Below are positions 35,725 to 48,700 of a stretch of 64,000 nt of DNA, piece by piece. This DNA is from Pecten maximus. Lineage: Eukaryota. The stretch is from assembly GCF_902652985.1 (NCBI RefSeq), contig NC_047021.1, forward strand, positions 32,860,001 to 32,924,000, in the 5' to 3' direction. The notes beneath the pieces are model-generated. The model was not told the origin of the DNA. It searched no databases and saw nothing but the letters and a program-made list of their open reading frames with translations. Positions within the stretch are counted from its first letter, which is position 1. The number at the start of each line of letters is the position of its first letter. Position numbers and translations under genes: made by a program.

Positions 35725-38312
35725 GTGTGTAGGGGACACCATCAGCAATGGTCACTAGATGACGGGTTTGTGGGGGACACCTACAGCAATGGTCACTAGA
35801 TGACGGGTTGGTGGGGGACACCATCAGCAATGGTCACTAGATGACGGGTTTGTGGGGGTCACATACAGCAATGGTCACTAGATGACGGGTTTGTGGGGGA
35901 CACCTACAGCAATGGTCACTAGATGACGGGTTTGTGGGGGACACATACAGCAATGGTCACTAGATGACGGGTTTGTGGGGGACACCATCAGCAATGGTCA
36001 CTAGATGACGGGTTTGTGGGGACACATACAGCGATGGTCACTAGATGACGGGTGTGTAGGGGACACGTACAGCAATGGTCACTAGATGACGGGTGTGTAG
36101 GGGACACGTACAACAATGGTCACTAGATGACGGGTTTGTGGGGGACACTTACAGCAATGGTCACTAGATGACGGGTTTGTGAGTGACACATACAGCAATG
36201 GTCACTAGATGACGGGTTTGTGAGTGACACATACAACAATGGTCACTAGATGACGGGTTTGTGGGGGACACCTACAGCAATGGTCACTAGATGACGGGTT
36301 TGTGGGGGACACCTACAGCAATGGTCACTAGATGACGGGTTTGTGGGGGACACCTACAGCAATGGTCACTAGCTATAGATGACGGGTTTGTGGGGGGACA
36401 CATACAGCAATGGTCACTAAATGACGGGTTTGTGGGGGGACACATACAGCAATGGTCACTAGATGACGGGTGTGTAGGGGACACCTACAGCAATGGTCAC
36501 TAGATGACGGGTTTGTGGGGGACACCTACACCAATGGTCACTAAATGACGGGTTTGTGGGGGACACATACAGCAATGGTCACTAGATGACGGGTTCGTGG
36601 GGGACACCATCAGCAATGGTCACTAGATGACGGGTTTGTGGGGGACACCTACAGCAATGGTCACTAGATGACGGGTTTGTGGGGGACACATACAGCAATG
36701 GTCATTAGATGACCGGGGTAGGGAGGACACCTACAGAAATGGTCACTAGATGACGGGTTTGTGGGGGCCACCTACAGCAATGGTCACTAGCTAGATGACG
36801 GGTTTGTGGGGGCAACCTACAGCAATGGTCACTAGATGACGGGTTTGTGGGGGACACATACAGCAATGGTCACTAAATGACGGGTTTGTGGGGGGACACA
36901 TACAGCAATGGTCACTAAATGACGGGTTTGTGGGGGGACACATACAGCAATGGTCACTAGATGACGGGTTTGTGGGGGACACCTACAGAAATGGTCACTA
37001 GATGACGGGTTTGTGGGGGACACCTACAGCAATGGTCACTAGATGACGGGTTTGTGGGGGACACCTACACCAATGGTCACTAGATGACGGGTTTGTGGGG
37101 GGACACATACACCAATGGTCAGTAAATGACGGGTTTGTGGGGGACACCTACAGTAGGGGACACCTACAGCAATGGTCACTAGATGACGGGTTTGTGGGGG
37201 ACACCTACACCAATGGTCACTAAATGACGGGTTTGTGGGGGACACATACAGCAATGGTCACTAGATGACGGGTTCGTGGGGGACACCATCAGCTATGGTC
37301 ACTAGATGACGGGTTTGTGGGGGACACCTACAGCAATGGTCACTAGATGACGGGTTTGTGGGGGACACATACAGCAATGGTCACTAGATGACCGGGGTAG
37401 GGAGGACACCTACAGAAATGGTCACTAGATGACGGGTTTGTGGGGGACACATACAACAATGGTCACTAGATGACGGGTTTGTGGGGGACACCTACACCAA
37501 TGGTCACTAAATGACGGGTTTGTGGGGGACACCTACAGCAATGGTCACTAGATGACGGGTTTGTGGGGGACACCTACAGCAATGGTCACTAGATGACGGG
37601 TTTGTGGGGGACACCTACAGCAATGGTCACTAGATGACGGGTTTGTGGGGGACACCTACAGCAATGGTCACTAGATGACCGGGGTAGGGAGGACACCTAC
37701 AGCAATGGTCACTAGATGACAGGTTTGTGGGGGACACCTACAGCAATGGTCACTAGATGACCGGGGTAGGGAGGACACCTACAGCAATGGTCACTTGATG
37801 ACGGGTTTGTGGGGGACACATACAACAATGGTCACTAGATGACGGGTTTGTGGGGGACACCTACACCAATGGTCACTAAATGACGGGTTTGTGGGGGACA
37901 CATACAGCAATGGTCACTAGATGACGGGTTTGTGGGGGACACCTACAGCAATGGTCACTAGATGACCGGTGTATGGAGGACACCTACAGCAATGGTCACT
38001 AGATGACGGGTTTGTGAGTGACACCTACAGCAATGGTCACTAGATGACGGGTTTGTGGGGGACACATACAGCAATGGTCACTAGATGACGGGTTTGTGGG
38101 GGACACCATCAGCTATGGTCACTAGATGACGGGTTTGTGGGGGACACCTACAGCAATGGTCACTAGATGACGGGTTTGTGGGGGACACCTACAGCAATGG
38201 TCACTAGATGACGGGTTTGTGGGGGACACATACAGCAATGGTCACTAGATGACCGGTGTATGGAGGAACACTACAGCAATGGTCACTAGATGACGGGTTT
38301 GTGGGGGACACA
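35725..38312. repeat. 41-bp G-rich satellite (CAGCAATGGTCACTAGATGACGGGTTTGTGGGGGACACCTA), about 62 copies
   Basis: Period 41 measured at 37561 and 37602; variant units contain CCGGGGTAGGGAGG. Confidence 0.97.
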
Positions 38313-39774
38313 ATGACATTTGTTACTGTCTATATAATCATAGAGCATTTATTTACCTATATATTTTTTCTAACTTTCAGTAAAATTGACACCCCTCTAG
38401 ATTGACTGAAGAGAGAGGTGTCGTTACCGAAATTTATTTAGCCACAAAAAATCTAATAACTCTCCAAACACAGACTGTAACAAATTCTCAGGTCCCTGTG
38501 ATACTGGCATTTCAGTGTAATTTAGTTTCGTATTAATCTGAGGAAGACTACGAGTTGTAACATGTCAATGTACAATCTATTCCAGTCGCGAACCGTAAAC
38601 ATACATGTGGTACAAATACTCATCGTTGTGACCACAGAATTGGTTACAGTTTGATTTTATATATGTGTTTTTGTGTTTTGTTTTCGTTTTGTTTTTGTTT
38701 TTTTGGAGGGGGGTGGGGGGAGGCATTTTCCCCCCGAAGTTTAATCTTGTCGCCCCAATTCCACCCAAAAAGTAATCTGAAAACAAATACTACAGGACTG
38801 TTACAAAATCTCGAACCCCTGTGGTCGTCACCACTAAATTACCTGACCTACCACGCTGTTCCAAGGTAAGTTACAAAATGCCAGCCGCCGTAACAAGACC
38901 CGTCCCTATCTCAGGGCTACTAATCAGCGAGTCGGTCTGGTCAGGAACAATGAGGAATAATTTATAAACAAAGCAGTTTAATCTGTACCTTAATAGTGAT
39001 ATGACTGGGGGAACAGGAGAGGGGGGAGGGGAGAGGGGATGGGGCAATGACCATTACAGAGACGGAGGGGAGGTGAATGAACCGTTTACATGGGTTATGG
39101 TAGGAGAGAATGGATGGAGCTGTTTGCAGAAGTGTTTGCGAGGAGTAAAGTTTTAGGACCTGAAGAAAGATGTTTGTTTAATTTATATTAACATAAACCA
39201 GTTTGGGGACGCTGATTAAAAATCGTCTACAAAAACGGTAACTTTACACCTGATGTTCAATAGTAATGGGTATCAAGTTGTTGTTTTTTTCGTTTGCGTG
39301 TGTGTGTGTGTGGTTTTTTTTTTAATTGGAGTAGTATATCATATGTAGGAAGTATCATAGTATATCATATGTATGTAGCATCGATTGACGTGGGTGGGGC
39401 GACCCTGGGCGTTCACCAGTGGTCCTTAATCGTCAGGATGATGAATAAAACAAACGATTAAGTAACTTATATGACTTTCACATTTTACTCTAATGAATGT
39501 GTATGTGCCTCGCTGGAGTAGGATACATTACACAATTCAAGTGTAGAAATCATTATAAATACTAACTGTAATGTCGTCATTACTCATCGGTGTGTTTCGA
39601 TTTGGAATCACATACACACATCATGCGACAAAAATAGTTTATCATTGTTTTCACTGGGAGCACGCTATCGGGTGACACTCAGGAATTTAAACCCTCGCCC
39701 CGAAATGAGAGACTCCATCCTCGGTGCCTGTACATTGTTAGCAGACCTGAGGTAACACAGACCGCTGCAACAAT

Positions 39775-42700
39775 ATGGGATCGTTAACCACGCTGTCTCT
39801 CTACCTGGGTTTGACCGCCTTCACCATTGATGCAGGTAAGCTATAATTATATATATTCTAATTAAAAATTGTATCTCACCATGATATCTTTTTTTAAGTC
39901 ATAATGCCTCTTGGTTTCTTACTTCTATAATCATTATAGAAAATTGGAAATTTTATTTTGAACGCATACTTTTATCTTCACACATGTATTTGTACTGTAC
40001 TTTGAATAAGAAAGTTATTTTTCTAGTATGGATACTAAAATTTTAAATTTGGATTTTCTATTTTAACGTTTAAAACGTAAATATTATCAAGGTCCTATCA
40101 GCCTTTAAGGACCCTATTCTATTTTGTTGAATGAGACAAAAACGCAGACCTTCATCGTGGTTTATCGAGTCGCTACCACGGGGACTTGGTATAAATACCT
40201 AACTCACAGACTAGTATCATTGTCGGAAACACTCGGATCTCTTTTTGTAGTTTGAGTCCCGGTACTCGAAGGACAAGAGGAGTTCCGACGGGGTGTTGGT
40301 ATATATGTAGTATCAATATATTATTATACACACAAATGGACAGTGGGTTTAGTGATGTGTATCAAGTCCATGTGGGCCATGCTTTTATGCTGTATATATG
40401 TGTATTAGACTTATTTTCAAATCCCAGTATTTGGTATGTGCGTTCACAGGGACTTGACAAAAATTCCAACCGGAAAATATACCATGCATAACATACATTT
40501 GTATATAAAAAGTCCCTGTGTGTGAAATATTTTCCATGAACTTTAAGATATATCTGTATTTGCCTAGCGATATTTAGGTTTTTGTCCTGATAATTCCATC
40601 GCCGGAGAGGTCAAACATTAAAATAAATATTGATATTTTATTGCAGGAACTACGGTAGCACAAATAGGACTGTAACAATTGGTTTATAATGACGTAATAG
40701 ATATACTATGTTTTCATCTGTTTAAATGTTACGGCACAAATATTGACGCTAAAACACATGATACACAGATCGCGATGTCCCGTCACACAGTTTAAAACAA
40801 ATTTAACGGGAGAGCATCACAGCTTTGTAATCTACTTTACTCAACCTTTCCAGTGCAAAAAGACACAGGCGTTTGGATATACTAAAATTTATCTTCGAAT
40901 CTTATATATTCACGTTTACACATTATGAAGACTCTAAATCAGGGACTTGACACGGGTTTCAAATCCACTGTCGAATCAATATATGTTACATGTAAACATA
41001 TAATAATTGATAAATGGACTTTGGATTACGAACCCCTGTGATTTCTAGCAATCACATAACAACATCATACGAGCCCCTGTGATCTCTAGCAATCGGACAA
41101 CCACATCGTTCCAGTGAAAACTATTGTTTCACATTTAATGCCATGCTCACTGTCAATCCGTTATTTTAAAAATAAATAGTTTAAACTCAAGCGCCCGTGA
41201 AAAATATTGAAACCATTTCAGATTTCAAGATTTAAAGTAAAAACTCGTCACATATTTTTTATCGGTTACGATTATTGGTTTGCGATTTGATCCATTTTAG
41301 GCGAAGTTCGTGGCTATCATATTTTGATGCAGTGGTTGCATTGTTTTAAGTGTTTTTAGAGCGGATGGGCTGGCCGGCCATTTGTGTACGGGAAATCGAT
41401 CATTACGGGGGAGTAAGGGTGTCATTTCGGTTTAAGTTTAGGAGGAAGTGACTTCTGTCCATTAGAACTGTTTCTATATATGTCACAAAAAGAAAACGAG
41501 GAGTAGGCCACTTAAAATAATATACATGTGTATATTGCTGCTACCCACGCATTATCGCATTACTGACCGAGAATCTCTCAAGATTGTTTTGTATATGTGG
41601 AAAGCTTGGTATAAATATAGCTACAATTTAAATAAAAAAAACTGCCTCTTATTCCCTTTATCCATAAATAAGTACTTGACGTCTTTGTTATGTTTCATCT
41701 AGATCAGTTTAAACCACTTGTCAGAACTCGGCTAATTCCGTAACTACATCCATACGGAAAATTGCAACATCTCGGCCAATTATAAAGCTCGAGCCGAATT
41801 GTCTGAGTGCATCAGGCGAGGTTGGGCGAATTGTTGAAATCGTGTTATCTCGTCGATTCCGTTAAAGAACGGAGTTTGACGGAATCGTTAAACGATATTA
41901 AGAACTCTTCTGTTTTTATGTCCTTTTCCTGTTTAGTTATGTATTATGTCCTTTTTTTTATGATTAGTTAGGTATAATTTTGTCCTTTTTATGTTTTGTT
42001 CTGTTTTATTTTATGTCCTATTTTGTTTGGTTAGGTTTCATTCATATCTTATTTACATAATAAGGTCATTTACGGACGGTGTCAATCAATATTTTGGCCA
42101 TTCGAACGCTTTTATAGTGCCGTCTCACTGAAATTTCACACATGGACACGGAAGCGTGACGCAGTACCGACAACGGACGAACCGTAGTCCTTACCGCCAA
42201 TGTTTAGACATGCTGTCATTGTTGTTTATAATCAATTGTTTTTGCAGTGTCATCTGGCTTATATGAACAGGTACTTGGGATGACCAGCGCTGGTAAGTTA
42301 AGATGTAATGATACCATCTTTCTTTGACCAAATTAAAAAAAAAAAAAATCAAATGTTTTTTGTTCTTTAAGTTATTAAAGCCCCCTATAAAAAAAAAAAA
42401 AAAAAAATACCACCAGAACTTTCCAATTTTATGAATAATTTTATATATGTCACCACTGCAGTCATGATACATGTATTTTTTTTTTTATACCTTTCATGAT
42501 TAAGCTTTTAGAGGATTACCCTATATTGTTTGGGAACATACTGATTAAGTTTTCACAAATTAGTTTTATTCGGGCGCGTAGCATATTTAACGATAAATTA
42601 TAAGCATTGGACGGCCAAAGAACTGCAGAGAAGACACCAACTTTACACCTAATTTCTGTTGAATTCTCTGGTCAATATGATGTGATGTTAAAATTCATGG

Positions 42701-45700
42701 ATTTCCATATTTCCACAGAAATCTGTCAGAATCATACTGTTTTGAACGACAAATGGCGAAAAATAGGAAGCCAAAGGGGAGACAACTGTGACTCCCACAT
42801 CCAGGAAGGCTGGTATCGGTTGACGACAACAGATGGATACTCGTCGTCTCTTCCTACGACATGTGTTAAAGTAACGTCATATTAAATATAATTGATAGAG
42901 TTTATATCTTATCGAACTTAAGGGGTTACGTAACATTTAAGTCTACCTTTTCATGCGTATTATGACGTCAGACCAAAGGACAAATCACTGCAATGCTTGT
43001 GTGAATTTTATAATACAAGTATACATATTATATCAAAAGCTTCAACCTATCGTCAAGGTAGTTATTTGTATTATAGGATTCGGGTGCGTACCTCATATAG
43101 GTCTTCATGGAAAATAAAACTTAATAGTAAGAAGTGTTTCACTTTTCACATTTTAAATATGAGGGTAAAAGGTCATAGCTGTGCGCAACTTTGCTATGTC
43201 ACAGAGAAGTTGTGATGATTTGATGATTGTATGACGCGTTCTGATTGGCTTACAGAATCACGTGTGTGGACTGGTCGTTGCTATGTGGTTAGATATCCAG
43301 GGTGAGGATTTACCCCAGCCTGGCCACACGGTCCCCGGGTTCGTCTGTGGCTCTTACCCAGTATTAAGGATGTGGCAGTGTTGTGTCGTCAAGGAAACAG
43401 CATTTGTTCACAACTGTGGCAACTACTTCGTCTATTGGCTCCGCCCAACTGACAGATGCAGTGTGGGATATTGCGGTGAAGGTAAGGAATATAATTTCGT
43501 ACTTGTTTGGAAAATATATTTGGATTTTAAAATTTATTACAGAATGGCCGTCACATAAAACAAATGTTACCTATATACAGTTCAAAATAATACTATGCAA
43601 TGAATAATGATATTTTGCGCGTTCAATCAAAATAAGCATGGTTTATTACCATAAAGTATAGTTCTTGGGAGAGGGAAATCATCTACTGTAAACAAGCATA
43701 TTTTTTTGCGTACTCAAATTTTTAGCGCATTATCAAAGTATAACAGATCGGCTCAATCATGAATTGTCGTATCGACAATAAATCATGAATTGTCGTATAG
43801 ACAATAAATCATGAATTGTCGTATAGACAATAAATCATAAATTGTCGTATCGACAATAAATCATGAATTGTCGTATAGACAATAAATCATGAATTGTCGT
43901 ATAGACAATAAATCATGAATTGTCGTATAGACAATAAATCATGAATTGTATAGACAATAAATCATGAATTGTCGTATCAACGATAAATCATGAATTGTCG
44001 TATAGACAATAAATCATGAATTGTATAGACAATAAATCATGAATTGTCGTATCAACAATAAATCATGAATTGTCGTATAGACAATAAATCATGAATTGTA
44101 TAGACAATAAATCATGAATTGTCGTATCAACAATAAATCATGAATTGTCGTATAGACAATGAATCATGAATTGTCGTATAGACAATAAATCATGAATTGT
44201 CGTATAGACAATAAATCATGAATTGTCGTATAGACAATAAATCATGAATTGTATAGACAATAAATCATGAATTGTCGTATCAACAATAAATCATGAATTG
44301 TCGTATAGACAATAAATCATGAATTGTCGTATAGACAATAAATCATGAATTGTCGTATAGACAATAAATCATGAATTTTCGTATAGACAATAAATCATGA
44401 ATTGTCGTATAGACAATAAATCATGAATTGTCGTATAGACAATAAATCATGAATTGTATAGACAATAAATCATAAATTGTCGTATCAACAATAAATCATG
44501 AATTGTCGTATAGACAATAAATCATGAATTGTCGTATCGACAATAAATCATGAATAGTCGTATAGACAATAAATCATGAATTGTCGTATAGACAATAAAT
44601 CATGAATTGTCGTATAGACAATAAATCATAAATTGTCGTATAGACAATAAATCATGAATTGTATCGACAATAAATCATGAATAGTCGTATCGACAACAAA
44701 TAATGAATTGTCCTATCGACAATAAATTAAAAGCATTGAGAGACACAAGGAAACTTCATTTAATGTAATAAAAATTTAGTGTGATGAAGATTACTGCCAA
44801 TTTGAAAGTATGTACGGTTATAGTATTATGATCTTTTCTCCATCATGTGAAAATGAAAACAACTTATTCAAAACAGCCGTCAATTTTCGAAAGGAATATT
44901 TATAAAAGAAACACAATTATAACGTTTATAAAGTCACGATGAATACATTTTGCAATACAAGGCGTTAACGTACATGTATGGTAGCTGTTTATTTCCCTGT
45001 GTATTTTACAGGACCCCAGAGTGACATATCACCATACACAGTGAAGACCGGGGAGCCAGCCGCTGAAGCAAGCGACAGATTCAGGAGACGACTTCGTCCG
45101 ATCACAATTGACGACATAACCAGTGAACACACTGATATAGATGGCAGATCGATCAGGGATGTCTCTACTCCAGGTAATACTGATGCATTCTACAGAGAAC
45201 AAAGCCGTGTTATAGATTACATTGTCTGTGATGTTCATCTGTTCGACAGAGAAATAGAACAATGCTTTAGTTCATATCGTCACGGTGACTTCACTGCTGT
45301 TCCCTTAATCTCTAGGTACTGTTTTCATTTGACCTTAGTTGCTTGATGACATAAATTAAAACAAAATGAAGTATTTTTTCTTGCTGTTTTTGTTAACACC
45401 GTTATATTTTGAGACCGTCAATGCTGTTTTCCGTTTTATTTTGGTGTCTCATTTGTTCCTGTTTGAAGGTAATTTCATTTTGAAACTCAACGTTGTTTTC
45501 ATTATGTCATTTATAGACAGTAATGTTATCTTTATAGGTTGGTAGATTTGTTTTTGGTAATGTTAATTTGATATCGACAATGTTGTCTTTCCTTTTGTTT
45601 TGGTGTTGTGTATTGTGTGATGGTAAAGTTAATTTGATACCGACAATGTTGTTTTTCCTTTTGTTTTGGTGTTGTGTATTGTGTGATGGTAAAGTTAATT

Positions 45701-48700
45701 TGATACCGACAATGTTGTCTTTCCTTTTGTTTTGGTGTTGTGTATTGTGTGATGGTAAAGTTAATTTGATTCCGACAATGTTGTTTTTCCTTCTGTTTCG
45801 GTGTTGCATATGCTTATGGTTTAATCCTATATTGCACGCTGATGTTAACAGTATTGTTCATATCTGTCTATCATCCTGTTATTTAAATAACGCATTAGCA
45901 TAGTCGAAATCAAAACTTCAAATGGGTTAACGGTTAATACTCACTGACGTTAAAATATGTTTTAGACGACCATCTGCCTTGTCCAGAAGGTCAGACCAGA
46001 TGTCCAAACAGTGTCTGTGTTGCCTCCAATCACCTTTGTAGCTCAGGTCAGTTCTATCTCACATGGATGCGTAATGTCCAAAAAACAAATATATGTAGAG
46101 CTTGAGGTCATCCAGTTAAAGGTTAAGGTTAAACCTTTTTTGAATTATTTATATATATATATTATTATTTTTTTTTTTTATGGTAAGTCTTTTGGATTCA
46201 AATGATGAATTTTGTTAACCAAGGTTGGTGCCAATGTTACGCCTATGTCAAAGCAGTGGAGTTAAGACTAATGATACTGTTGATATTTTAATGGTAACGA
46301 GAATTGCTAATCAGGGTTATGATGTGTTTAATATGTCTATTTTGGTGATAATTGTATCTGATGTGTAAGTTTGAAATGTTTAAGATATTTTCACAGATGA
46401 ATCTACGTCTATTTCACAACCTACAACTACCTACGTGACCCGCACACCGATCACGTTCTATTTCTCGGTGTTACGTGATAGGACGAGACCACCTGTGAGC
46501 CTCACATCCGGACAACCAGTCGTAGCAGCTCAGACACACGTGGAGAGGAATACTGAGGGTAGGCCTGATAGTGAGGCATTTTCTAAGGAAGAAGACACGA
46601 AACGAATGCTCTTCAGTGGTGATTTGACGCCAACAACTACAAATGAAATGACGGCAACTGCTGGAAAATTAACTATTCCTAGTTCCACCTTGTTGACAGA
46701 TTCTTCTAGAGAAAATGAACGTTCCTTACCAACGCCTATTCCAAGGTCCTCAAATAGTTATAATTTGTCGAAAACCACGCGTGTCTCAACTAGTGAAGGT
46801 CAGAGGTCAGTGTTCATCCAGGCCTATTACACCAACCAACTAACGGCTTCAATGACGTCAACATTAAAAGCTAATTTGACTACGGTTACAAGCACATTTG
46901 TCGATGAATCCTTTCTCTCTTCAACCGCCATTAATAGCGATTATGGCAGTCTAGATACTAACAATCACCTAGGACTTGATACGATGTCTCAATTACCGCC
47001 AAAACAAACAAGTTCTTGTAGCTCTTGTCTTGAACCGTCCATTACGTCATTACCAGTGATGATGAAGGAAATGACAAACACCGATTATTTAGCTGATAGG
47101 GCTTCTCTTGATCTTAAAACTCATGAAAGTATTTCATCGCCTGCAATGGTAAAGGAACCGATATCATCCATAGCTCTAACGACACCTTCTTCTAGAATCA
47201 TTCCACCATCTGCTAGTTTTGTGCTAGAACCGAGTACTTCAAGCGTTGTACAACACCCAATATCTTCAACCGTTTTGTATTTGCCTTCGACTTCTTCAAT
47301 AGATGCGTCTTCGCAAATTTCACATATGCCGTACTCTACACCCAAAGCACTCTTCAAGTGATTTAAAAAACACGCCTTCAACATCTGCATCGTACAACGT
47401 GGCCTATTCCACTTCTTCACCGGACACGCCCCCATTACAACCAATGACAGTATCGAGTGCTGGACCGCAGTCTAAGCGTCCTACTCTATCGACATCAGTC
47501 ACACCTGATGTGGTTACGTCCAAGATGGCCACAGTGACATCTCCTTCTTTTGGCACTACTGGTGATAGATGTACCAAATGCATTGAGGTAGTCTTCAACC
47601 TCCGTGTGACTATCAAAGACAAACAAGTAGGTCTGCATGTGTACAGAGTAGGTTCCTAGAATACATATGTAGTTTTCTTCTGTCTACGTGGTACTAATTT
47701 TATTTTTCAAAAGTGAAATGAATTCAAAATGACATGGGCATGGTTGTTACTCTCTTTGCTTACTGATGTATATTCTGTTTCTAAACTATTTACCGATAGA
47801 CATTTGCCTCAAAACACATGTTATATTGGTTTTCATTGAATGACAATATTGCATGACAAATGGCTTCGGTTATACGATCATTTTAATATTTAGGGGATAA
47901 CCCTTTACGTGGTTTTGAACCTGTGACTGTATATCTGGATATTGCAGTCGCAAATTGAATTTTATGCGCCAATAGTCTAGTTTTGAAGGAAGATCATCCC
48001 ATTCTAAATTCACGCTAATTCAAGGGTTGAACCTGTTCGCTTTTCGTAGCTTTGCCAACGATTGCTGAAACCTGTAACCTCAATTGAACGTTTTGTTTAC
48101 ACTGTCGTTGATGACGTTTCGCAGTCATTCTGGGTCATTAATCGCTATATGTTTAAGCAATGTCAGTTTGTAAATTAATACTATTAATGGCTTCTGGTGT
48201 CCTGGGCAAAACACAAGAAAATCTCAATAGCACACAAATTGAGCCGAAAATCAGCATGTAAAGGGATGGCCTAGCGTCTTTGGAAATTTCAAAACTGACA
48301 GGTGACTTATAATTATTGCGACTGAAAAATAAACTTATATACCATTTTCTTTTCTTATTATTGTTAATTCTGTTATTTTACAGACTGAACAAGAATTTCA
48401 GGTATCCGTCCAAACAGCGTTTTCAATGATGCTTACTCGATTTTATGGACACCGGTTCAGGCGTGACTTAAGGAATGCAACAAACCCTCAACGAAACAGC
48501 ACTCACTTCTTGCCCTCAGATGTTCACATACGGAACACGACATCGATGGGCAACATCGTAGTTCTGTTGTTGGAAGTTAAACACCCATTAGGTAAAGATA
48601 TTAAAATTGGAATTTATCGCAAAGATATCGGTAAAGATAAGTGAATATTGCTTCCTCCGACTTGATAATATTGAAAAATATTACCAACTATGGAGTATTA

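Noticed and set aside
36287-37254. Cys/Pro-rich minus-strand ORFs resembling metallothionein or keratin-associated proteins
   Set aside because: These are translations of the 41-bp satellite, whose unit length is not a multiple of 3.
40445-40520. CACAGGGACTT / AAGTCCCTGTG inverted pair as another P-like MITE
   Set aside because: The arms are only 11 bp and there is no convincing TSD, so it is too weak to call.
45507-45903. ORFs with 22-aa repeats on both strands
   Set aside because: They come from an intronic 66-bp tandem repeat, with no fitting splice signals needed for the gene model.
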